A DNA stretch of 64,000 bases from an uncultured Chitinophagales bacterium (lineage in GTDB: Bacteria; Bacteroidota; Rhodothermia; Balneolales; M1805): contig CAZNTR010000002.1 in NCBI GenBank assembly GCA_964575925.1, forward strand, positions 6,624-70,623, written 5' to 3'. Every line of letters begins with the position of its first letter. The stretch's first letter is position 1. This document shows, piece by piece, positions 18,051-25,142 of this stretch. Position numbers and translations under genes: made by a program. The notes beneath the pieces were generated by a model. That model was not told the DNA's origin. It did not search any database and worked only from the letters and a program-made list of their open reading frames with translations.

Positions 18051-18455
18051 TCAGCCCTCAATTTTTGAGGAAATAAAAAGTGATTCTTTTGGATGCTTAG
18101 GTTGTTGGAGAGAATAACTAGAATGTGCTTTTTTATCTTTAACAGCTGTTCCAGATTTCGTTCTCAACCGATCTGCTTGTGTTTTTAGAAGATTTCTGAA
18201 TTGATGATCTAATGACATTAATTCGTCGTATCGTTCTTTTACTTGTACATTCTCTTTATCGGATAATTTAGATCGGTCTAAAGTTTTTATATGTAAATCT
18301 AATTCAGTATAGATTTTTCCTCTTTCAATCATCAGCTTTGTGACTTCGACGTATTCGCTTTTTTCTTCTTGAATGTGATTAATCATTTGATTCGTTAAAT
18401 CAATTGCTTGGGTAAATAAGTTATATTCAGTAGAATCGGAAGTCATTAAGCGCAT
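18051..18455 (-). CDS. Hypothetical helical protein in the flagellar operon (FliT/FlgN-like chaperone is a guess)
   Basis: 134 aa with charged helical composition. Tightly packed between flaG and the flgM-like gene (3-nt gaps). No recognisable motif. Confidence 0.4.
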   Translation of the reverse strand: MRLMTSDSTEYNLFTQAIDLTNQMINHIQEEKSEYVEVTKLMIERGKIYTELDLHIKTLDRSKLSDKENVQVKERYDELMSLDHQFRNLLKTQADRLRTKSGTAVKDKKAHSSYSLQQPKHPKESLFISSKIEG

Positions 18456-18458
18456 GTT

Positions 18459-18863
18459 TTACATGTATTTTGGAAGATCTTTAAGAACGAGCTTTGCGGC
18501 TTTGTTTAGAGCATAAACCATATCTAAAAACTCTTGAGCGGGGTATTGTTTTACAACCTCCTCAGTTTGTTTATCAATTATTTTAATAACTGTTTTTTGA
18601 GTTTTTTCATCAATATAAAAAGATATTTTTTCGTTGAAGTAAGACAACAAAGATTCGTTAACTGCTTTTTCAGCGTTTTTTAAAGCTAATTCGTTGTTTG
18701 ATACTTTTAATAAAGCTGCATTTTCAGATTTGAATGGGTTTGTTTCTTCAAAAGAAACAGAGCTCTTTGTCTCGGTTTGAGTACCCAATTTCACTTTTAC
18801 AGTTTCCTGGGAGGAAAAATCTGCCATGAAATTAGAAATCGGGTTTACTGATGAAGTAGTCAT
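18459..18863 (-). CDS. flaG: FlaG family flagellar protein
   Basis: ISFYIDEKTQKTVIKIIDKQTEEVVKQYPAQEFLDM matches the FlaG C-terminal pattern. Adjacent to fliD. Confidence 0.75.
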   Translation of the reverse strand: MTTSSVNPISNFMADFSSQETVKVKLGTQTETKSSVSFEETNPFKSENAALLKVSNNELALKNAEKAVNESLLSYFNEKISFYIDEKTQKTVIKIIDKQTEEVVKQYPAQEFLDMVYALNKAAKLVLKDLPKYM

Positions 18864-18876
18864 AGTTCTTTAAATT

Positions 18877-20415
18877 TTAGCCGTAAGCGTTACCAAAGCT
18901 AACTAATGTTTGATATTGGGAGTTCGCCTGATCTGAAATAGCTTGCAGTTGAATAAACTGATTTGTCAACTGAACTCTGCGACGTTCAAGGTATTCGTCT
19001 TGTGCTTGAATTCTTAGATTCAATGATTCAATTCTATCGTCTATTGTGCTAGTTAAGGATTTAACTAGACCGTCTGTTTTAATAAATACATCAATAGAAC
19101 TTTGCAATTTTCCTGCAATGCCACTGAAAAAATCTGTTCTGTCATTTGCAAAAAGTGTTGCAATCGAATCAGGACTTGTCTCAAGTAAATTCGTTAGTAT
19201 TGATTGATTCTTGATGTATAAAGTTCCGTCATTATTGAAATCTAGCCCAATATCTAATAGTGTTTGAATTGATGTACCTGAAGGAATAACGGGATTTAAA
19301 GGGTCACCTACATTAACAGAGTCACTTAATGCTGTAGAAACCGCATTTTGTCTGAGTGTGTAAGTTAATTCTCTAAATGATCGGTCTCTGTAAAGTGGCC
19401 CTCTATCACCTGAAGTGCCATTTAAGAAAGATTGTTGTCTAATTTCTGAGATTACTGAATTATACGATTCAATAAATCGGTCAATGTTTGCTTGCCCAGA
19501 TTCTGTATCTGCTTCAATGCTTAATGTTTCAGTTGCTGTTGTTAGTTGACGTAGCGTAATAGAAAGACCAGAAATAGCGTCGGTTACAACATTGGAACTC
19601 CGTTCAAAGTTGAGTCCATCTATTGTAAATTTTGCATTTAATGAAGTAAGATCAAATAAACGTCCACCATTTGGTGAACCACCAATTAAAACAGTTGTAT
19701 TATCATCTGCATTAGCTCCGCCGTTATCAACAGTTAATTCTAAAAATTCAGCAAGATTAGTTTCTCCGTCTGCATCGATTGTATTAGTAAATGAAATCGC
19801 ATTATCAGCACCTGAGAGTTTACTACGAATTGATAAACGAGCGCTACTGCTCGTTTCTCTTAAAATAGTGGCTTGAACATCATCACCTGCCACATCATTA
19901 ATTGCAGTAACAACAGCAGAAAGAACTTCTTCGTTAGACATACCCGATAAATCATCAACACTAATAGAATACGTAGTTCCATCAATCGTTAAATCAAACG
20001 TTAATTCATCGGCACCAGTAGTAGAATTGATAGCTGTTGCAATATCGCCATCAGCTGCTACAAATTGTTTAGAAACCCTAACATCTGATTTAGCAATTTG
20101 TTGAATTTCAACAGCATAATTACCAGATGTGTTTAAAGTAGATGTATTAGAAACCAAAAAAGCCGACTCATTGGAAGAGTTGGCAGCATATAAATCGAAT
20201 AAATTAGTTGAAGTGCTACCGAATTCGGTTAAGACGGTATTGAAACTACTGAGTTTAGTGCCAACAGTGCTTATGGCAGTTTTTCGCGAAGTTTGCTCAG
20301 TAACTTGATCCTCATAACTAAATTTCTTGTTACTTTCGAGCGTAATTAAGTTATTAATCAACTGTTCGTATAATTGATTAACGCCAAATAGTCCTGAATT
20401 TACTGCTGAAGACAT
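18877..20415 (-). CDS. fliD: Flagellar filament cap protein FliD
   Basis: 512 aa. N-terminal coiled segment, C-terminal LERRRVQLTNQFIQLQAISDQANSQYQTL. Position between fliS and flaG. Confidence 0.85.
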   Translation of the reverse strand: MSSAVNSGLFGVNQLYEQLINNLITLESNKKFSYEDQVTEQTSRKTAISTVGTKLSSFNTVLTEFGSTSTNLFDLYAANSSNESAFLVSNTSTLNTSGNYAVEIQQIAKSDVRVSKQFVAADGDIATAINSTTGADELTFDLTIDGTTYSISVDDLSGMSNEEVLSAVVTAINDVAGDDVQATILRETSSSARLSIRSKLSGADNAISFTNTIDADGETNLAEFLELTVDNGGANADDNTTVLIGGSPNGGRLFDLTSLNAKFTIDGLNFERSSNVVTDAISGLSITLRQLTTATETLSIEADTESGQANIDRFIESYNSVISEIRQQSFLNGTSGDRGPLYRDRSFRELTYTLRQNAVSTALSDSVNVGDPLNPVIPSGTSIQTLLDIGLDFNNDGTLYIKNQSILTNLLETSPDSIATLFANDRTDFFSGIAGKLQSSIDVFIKTDGLVKSLTSTIDDRIESLNLRIQAQDEYLERRRVQLTNQFIQLQAISDQANSQYQTLVSFGNAYG

Positions 20416-20445
20416 ACTAAAAAATGGGTTGAGGAAATTTAAAAA

Positions 20446-20772
20446 TTAAACGGCAGTGTTTAAGGCTGATTTGTTGCCTTTAACAACTGAGTCGTACCAT
20501 GCATCGCGGACGCCGATAAGTAAATCTCGTACTTCTTCGAATTTATGATCACGAGTTACATGTTGGCAATACTCGTATAAATTAAAGAAGTTTTCAGCAA
20601 GTTCGTAATCATGATTTAAGGAACGCATCAATAATGAGAGAATTTTAATCAATCGAACCTGATCTTTACGATAGGTAGCTTGAATAGCCATATCATAAAG
20701 GATCCCAATTAATTCTGTTGGAGTAGCATTTTTAATTTGCTGAATTTGATACGTATTTAATGCTGAATTCAT
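20446..20772 (-). CDS. fliS: Flagellin export chaperone FliS
   Basis: 108 aa. NTYQIQQIKNATPTELIGILYDMAIQ is a FliS-type N-terminal block. Downstream of the flagellin genes. Confidence 0.85.
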   Translation of the reverse strand: MNSALNTYQIQQIKNATPTELIGILYDMAIQATYRKDQVRLIKILSLLMRSLNHDYELAENFFNLYEYCQHVTRDHKFEEVRDLLIGVRDAWYDSVVKGNKSALNTAV

Positions 20773-20854
20773 AGGACAAAGAGGAGATTAGGAAGTTAAA
20801 GAAATGGAGGGAATACCTATAAAGATACTCCCATCCCATTTCAGATGTTGAGGA

Positions 20855-21709
20855 TTACCTACTTAGGAAACCTAAAACAGCCTGAGGTGCGGCATTTGCT
20901 TGAGCTAATGAAGCGATAGCAGTTTGTTGCAAGATTTGCAATTTAACGGCTTCACTTTGAGTTTTAGCAAAATCTGCATCACGAATTCTACTGCGAGCAG
21001 AAGAATTACTGTTTACCGCTTGAGTAAGGATTTCCTCGCGGATGGAAAGCTGTGTTTGGTAAATACCTAATTGATTTACAGCACCAGCAAGGAGATTGAT
21101 AGCAACATCGATACTAATCATAGCTGATTGAGCAGCTAAGAATGAAGTAACATCAACACCAGCAATACCTAATCCAGAAGCTGTAAAACTAGCTACACCA
21201 TTTGCATTTCCAGAAGTTAATTGAACATTGATAGTATCAGCTGTTCTTTCACCAACTTGAAAAGTTGCATCGTATGTTCCAAGAAGAATATTTCTACCTT
21301 GAAAAACGGTTTGAGTAACTAAGGAGTCTAATTCACTCACTAGGCTATCAACCTGTGCTTGAATAAAATCACGTTCGTCAACACCGTAAGTATCGTTTGC
21401 AGCTTGAGTAGCTTTAGTTTTTAACGTTGTTAGAATATCTAAAACAGAATTCATACTAGCTTCTGCAATATCCAAAACTGATTTTGCGTCACCTGTGTTG
21501 GCAAGAGCTTGCTCTAAACCAGCAATACGTGAACTCAATTTTGCAGAGATTGAAAAACCTGCAGCATCGTCTTCTGCTTTATTAATACGGAATCCAGTTG
21601 ATAATTGTAACTGAGTAATTCCGAGTTTTTTGTTAATCCTGTCTAGAGAAAATCTAGATTCTAGGGATTGAACATTCGTATTAATACGATTAAAATCGCC
21701 GAATGCCAT
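20855..21709 (-). CDS. fliC: Flagellin, copy 3 (284 aa)
   Basis: N-terminal RINTNVQSLESR...GFRINKAEDDAAGFSISAKL. C-terminal IRDADFAKTQSEAVKLQILQQTAIASLAQANAAPQAVLGFLSR. Confidence 0.93.
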   Translation of the reverse strand: MAFGDFNRINTNVQSLESRFSLDRINKKLGITQLQLSTGFRINKAEDDAAGFSISAKLSSRIAGLEQALANTGDAKSVLDIAEASMNSVLDILTTLKTKATQAANDTYGVDERDFIQAQVDSLVSELDSLVTQTVFQGRNILLGTYDATFQVGERTADTINVQLTSGNANGVASFTASGLGIAGVDVTSFLAAQSAMISIDVAINLLAGAVNQLGIYQTQLSIREEILTQAVNSNSSARSRIRDADFAKTQSEAVKLQILQQTAIASLAQANAAPQAVLGFLSR

Positions 21710-21740
21710 AATATAGCTCCTTCTATTTTATTTAAGAATA

Positions 21741-21760
21741 AGACCCCTTCCTTGGGATCT
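21741..21760 (-). promoter_or_regulatory. Leader hairpin presenting GGA in its loop (candidate CsrA site and/or attenuator) upstream of flagellin copy 3
   Basis: Minus-strand RNA AGAUCCC-AAGGAA-GGGGUCU: 7-bp stem including one U-G pair, hexaloop containing GGA. The second GGA sits in the SD AGAAGGAGC (21716-21724), 28 nt downstream. Confidence 0.5.
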
Positions 21761-21773
21761 TTTTGTTGTTTGC

Positions 21774-22622
21774 TTAAGCAGAGATAAATCCAAGAACAGC
21801 TTGTGGAGCAGCATTAGCTTGCGCTAATGAAGCAATAGCGGTTTGTTGAAGGATTTGAAGTTTTAACACCTCACTCTGCTCTTTAGCAAAGTCTGCATCG
21901 CGGATTCTGCTTCGCGCTGAGGAATTTGAATTAATAGCTTGGGTCAGAATTTCTTCCCTAATGGAAAGTTGAGTCTGATAAATACCAAGATTATTAACGG
22001 CTCCTGCAATATAATCTATTGCACTATCGATACTTACCATTGCTAATTGTGCACTTGCAAATGAACTAACGTCTAAAGCATCGATTTCCAAACCTGAAGC
22101 AGTAAAACCTGCGTCTGCTCCTCCAGAAGTTAATTGAACATTAATGACATCTGCACCGCGTTCACCAACTTGGAAGGTTGCATTGTAAGTTCCACCTAAT
22201 AATGATCGACCTTGATATACTGTTGTGGTTACTAATGAGTTTAGCTCATTTACTAAACTATCAATTTGATCTTGAATAAATTGACGCTCATCAACACCGT
22301 AAGTGTCATTGGCCGCTTGTGTTGCTTTTGTTTTCAAGGTTGTTAAAATATCAAGCATCGAATTTAAACTCGATTCTGCGATATCTAATACAGATTTTGC
22401 ATCTCCAGTATTCGATAAACCTTGCTCTAGTCCAGCAATACGAGAACTTAATTTTGCCGATATTGAAAACCCTGCTGCATCGTCTTCCGCACGATTAATG
22501 CGAAAACCAGTAGAGAGTCTCAATTGGGTTATACCAAGCTCTTTATTGATTTTGTCCAGAGAAAATCTAGATTCCAATGTTTGTACATTGGTATTAATCC
22601 TGTTAAAATCTCCGAAAGCCAT
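21774..22622 (-). CDS. fliC: Flagellin, copy 2 (282 aa)
   Basis: Same conserved termini as copies 1 and 3. Divergent central segment. Confidence 0.93.
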   Translation of the reverse strand: MAFGDFNRINTNVQTLESRFSLDKINKELGITQLRLSTGFRINRAEDDAAGFSISAKLSSRIAGLEQGLSNTGDAKSVLDIAESSLNSMLDILTTLKTKATQAANDTYGVDERQFIQDQIDSLVNELNSLVTTTVYQGRSLLGGTYNATFQVGERGADVINVQLTSGGADAGFTASGLEIDALDVSSFASAQLAMVSIDSAIDYIAGAVNNLGIYQTQLSIREEILTQAINSNSSARSRIRDADFAKEQSEVLKLQILQQTAIASLAQANAAPQAVLGFISA

Positions 22623-22657
22623 AAAAGCTCCTTCTTTTTGATTGTTTCTGTTAGAAT

Positions 22658-22673
22658 GCCCCGTCCCTGAGGC
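22658..22673 (-). promoter_or_regulatory. Leader hairpin presenting GGA in its loop (candidate CsrA site) upstream of flagellin copy 2
   Basis: Minus-strand RNA GCCUC-AGGGAC-GGGGC. The SD AGAAGGAGC (22627-22635) lies 32 nt downstream. The hairpin sits just downstream of the sigma-28-like -10 box. Confidence 0.5.
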
Positions 22674-22681
22674 AATCTATG

Positions 22682-22709
22682 TTATCGAACAATCTGAAAA
22701 TTCTTTAAA
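22682..22709 (-). promoter_or_regulatory. Sigma-28 (FliA)-type promoter for flagellin copy 2
   Basis: Minus strand reads TTTAAAGAATTTTCAGATTGTTCGATAAC: TAAA, 16 nt, CGATAA. Consensus is TAAA-N15-GCCGATAA, i.e. 17 nt between TAAA and CGATAA. Confidence 0.6.
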
Positions 22710-22802
22710 TCGGAAATTTGTTTTCACAAAAATTAAGTCAAAGAACAAAGGAGACTTTTAGAGTCTTTGGAGAATTGGGACGGGTTGGGACTAACAGAGA
22801 AT

Positions 22803-22841
22803 CAAAAAGCCCTAAGCCGTTTAACCTATTCAGGCTTAAGG
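22803..22841 (-). terminator. Rho-independent terminator after flagellin copy 1
   Basis: Minus-strand RNA CCUUAAGCC-(14-nt loop)-GGCUUAGGG followed by CUUUUUGAU. 9-bp stem with one wobble pair. Confidence 0.65.
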
Positions 22842-22861
22842 TTTAAAACGAGGGTTAATTT

Positions 22862-23707
22862 TTATTGTAAGAATCCAAGAACTGCCTGTGGTGCTGAGTT
22901 AGCTTGAGTTAGTGAAGCGATAGCCGTTTGTTGTAAAATTTGCAACTTAACGGCTTCACTTTGTTCTTTAGCAAAATCTGCATCTCGAATTCTGCTTCTT
23001 GCTGAAGAGTTAGAATTAATAGCTTGAGTAAGAATTTCTTCACGAATTGAAAGCTGAGTTTGATAAATACCAAGATTATTAACCATGCTAGCTACTCCAT
23101 TTATAGCTCCATCAACATTTGACATAGCTATTTGTGAGTTTGCATTTGAGTCCACAAGTAGAGCGTTAACACCAAGACCAGTTGAATCGAAACCAGTTCC
23201 TGAAGTACCTGAGAAAATTTGAACGTTGATTACATCAGCTGTTCTTTCACCAACTTGGAATGTTGCATCGTAAGTACCTGCAAGTAAAGAACGACCTTGG
23301 TAAACAGTTTGACTGATTAATGAATCTAATTCGTTAATTAAGCTATTTACTTGACTTTGAATAAAGTTGCGTTCATCAACACCGTAGGTATCGTTCGCAG
23401 CTTGAGTTGCTTTCGTTTTAAGAGTAGTTAAAATATCTAGGATGCTATTTAAGCTAGATTCTGCAATGTCTAAAACTGATTTTGCATCACCTGTATTTGC
23501 CAAAGCTTGCTCTAAACCTGAAATTCTAGAACTTAATTTTGCAGCAATTGAAAATCCAGCAGCATCATCTTCTGCTTTATTAATTCTAAAACCTGTTGAA
23601 AGTTTTAATTGAGTATTACCAAGTCTTTTGTTGATTTTATCCAATGAAAATCTTGACTCAAGAGATTGTACATTAGTGTTAATCCGGTTAAAATCTGCGA
23701 ATGCCAT
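22862..23707 (-). CDS. fliC: Flagellin, copy 1 (281 aa)
   Basis: MAFADFNRINTNVQSLESR...GFRINKAEDDAAGFSIAAKL and C-terminal QANSAPQAVLGFLQ. Confidence 0.93.
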   Translation of the reverse strand: MAFADFNRINTNVQSLESRFSLDKINKRLGNTQLKLSTGFRINKAEDDAAGFSIAAKLSSRISGLEQALANTGDAKSVLDIAESSLNSILDILTTLKTKATQAANDTYGVDERNFIQSQVNSLINELDSLISQTVYQGRSLLAGTYDATFQVGERTADVINVQIFSGTSGTGFDSTGLGVNALLVDSNANSQIAMSNVDGAINGVASMVNNLGIYQTQLSIREEILTQAINSNSSARSRIRDADFAKEQSEAVKLQILQQTAIASLTQANSAPQAVLGFLQ

Positions 23708-23751
23708 AATGTGAGTGTTTAGAGTGTTTGGTTTTTTGTATTATGACTTAC

Positions 23752-23780
23752 TTATCGTATTGTGGGAAAGCAGACTTTAA
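23752..23780 (-). promoter_or_regulatory. Sigma-28 (FliA)-type promoter for flagellin copy 1
   Basis: Minus strand reads TTAAAGTCTGCTTTCCCACAATACGATAAG: TAAA, 18 nt, CGATAA. The -10 box lies about 45 nt upstream of the ATG. Confidence 0.6.
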
Positions 23781-23873
23781 TTTTTTAAAAAAATAATTTA
23801 AAATTCTTATACCTAAATAGCTTAGAAGCGTTGTAAATGGTTGTTTTAATTAGTTTTTATTGTCTAGTAAGTC

Positions 23874-25118
23874 TTAGTTAATTAGTAAATCATTATAATA
23901 TTCAGTTAAAACAGGATCTCTTTTTTGATAATATGCTCTTAGTGCTTTAATAGCTTCTATATTATTATAATTAATATTTAATACGTCTTTAAACCAAATC
24001 ATAGCAGAATCTGGTTTGCCAATGTTAAGATACATTTCTGCTAAATTGAAACGAGCGTTCTCATTATTGGTGTCTAATTCACAACAGGTCTTCATTAATT
24101 GAACTGCTTTCTTCTTTTCTCTATTTGCCCAATACCAAACGGCAAGATTATTTAAGGTTGGACTATGATTTGGATTAGTTTCGATTAGAAGTTCAAACAG
24201 TTTAATAGCAATAGGGTATTGTTTTTTTCGGTAATAAGAAGTGGCTTTCAAGTAAAGAATGTCTGACTCTAAAGGAAGTTCTTCTAATAAAATGTTACAT
24301 TTTTCAATACATTCATCTAGTTTGCCGTGAGTTTGTAAATGGGAACAGAAGGTAATTTGAGTTAAGAAAGACTTAACTTTGTCAAAAGACCAGTTTTTTG
24401 TGAACTGCGAACGAGACAAAGCATATTTGAATTTGATTGCTGTGTTCTCAAGAAATTTTGCTTCTTGATTTGAGTGTTCTATGCTGTCATTGCGCTTTAG
24501 ATATAGACCTAATAGTTGATTTATTTTTTTAAACTCAAAAAATTCTGAAAGTTTCACCCAAAATTCAAAATCGCCTGAAGTAATAAAATCAGAGTCGAAA
24601 AAGCCTACCTTTTCATGTACTGATCTCCTCCACATAGGCATAGGACCTATATAACAAAGACCATTGATTAACGTCTCACGATCATGATCATTCAGTTTAA
24701 ACATTCCATCAGATGAGTTAATTTCAAACGTTTCATTCTCATTTTTTGTAATGAGTACATCAGGATATACAAGGGCATATTCTGTATGTTCTTCTAGATA
24801 ACTTGAAAGAATCTCATATGCATCTTTTCGTAATCGGTCGTCTGTGTTTGCGTTTGTAATATATTTACCGGAAGCTAGCTCAATGCCACGATTCCATGCC
24901 CCATAAACTGTTTCACGTTCGGTTCGCAAATAGTAAATATTAGAATGATAGTGTTGATATGCTTTAACAATTTCAGCTTCATTTTGAGTTGAACCACTAT
25001 CTATCACAATAATTTCAAGTTTTTTCCCAATTGTTTGAGATAAAAGATCGTCGAGTCGACCTTTTATGAAACGTTCGGCGTTATATGTAGAGACAATTGC
25101 TGAAACTAGGTATTCCAT
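23874..25118 (-). CDS. Family-2 glycosyltransferase fused to C-terminal TPR repeats (second copy of this architecture)
   Basis: VSAIVSTYNAERFIKGRLDDLLSQT...EIIVIDSGSTQNEAEIV...NANTDDR (GT2). C-terminal TPR-like LYLKATSYYRKKQYPIAIKLFELLIETNPNH... Confidence 0.75.
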   Translation of the reverse strand: MEYLVSAIVSTYNAERFIKGRLDDLLSQTIGKKLEIIVIDSGSTQNEAEIVKAYQHYHSNIYYLRTERETVYGAWNRGIELASGKYITNANTDDRLRKDAYEILSSYLEEHTEYALVYPDVLITKNENETFEINSSDGMFKLNDHDRETLINGLCYIGPMPMWRRSVHEKVGFFDSDFITSGDFEFWVKLSEFFEFKKINQLLGLYLKRNDSIEHSNQEAKFLENTAIKFKYALSRSQFTKNWSFDKVKSFLTQITFCSHLQTHGKLDECIEKCNILLEELPLESDILYLKATSYYRKKQYPIAIKLFELLIETNPNHSPTLNNLAVWYWANREKKKAVQLMKTCCELDTNNENARFNLAEMYLNIGKPDSAMIWFKDVLNINYNNIEAIKALRAYYQKRDPVLTEYYNDLLIN

Positions 25119-25142
25119 AAGTAAACTAACTTCTGCGAAGAT

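Noticed and set aside
22303-22641. 112-aa plus-strand ORF overlapping flagellin copy 2
   Set aside because: It is a mirror-frame artefact of the highly conserved flagellin gene. There is no independent start context or motif.
22660-22786. Long-range inverted repeat CCCGTCCC (22660-22667) / GGGACGGG (22779-22786) in the flagellin 1-2 spacer
   Set aside because: The distal arm lies upstream of the sigma-28-like promoter and downstream of the copy 1 terminator. The two arms are therefore unlikely to share a transcript. An 8-bp match can also arise by chance.
16082-23873. Search for sigma-54 (-24 TGGCAC / -12 TTGC) promoters in the minus-strand flagellar and che intergenic regions
   Set aside because: No spacer-correct GG-N10-GC element with flanking consensus was found by eye. 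The only TGGCAC (near 11954) lies inside cheD on the wrong strand.
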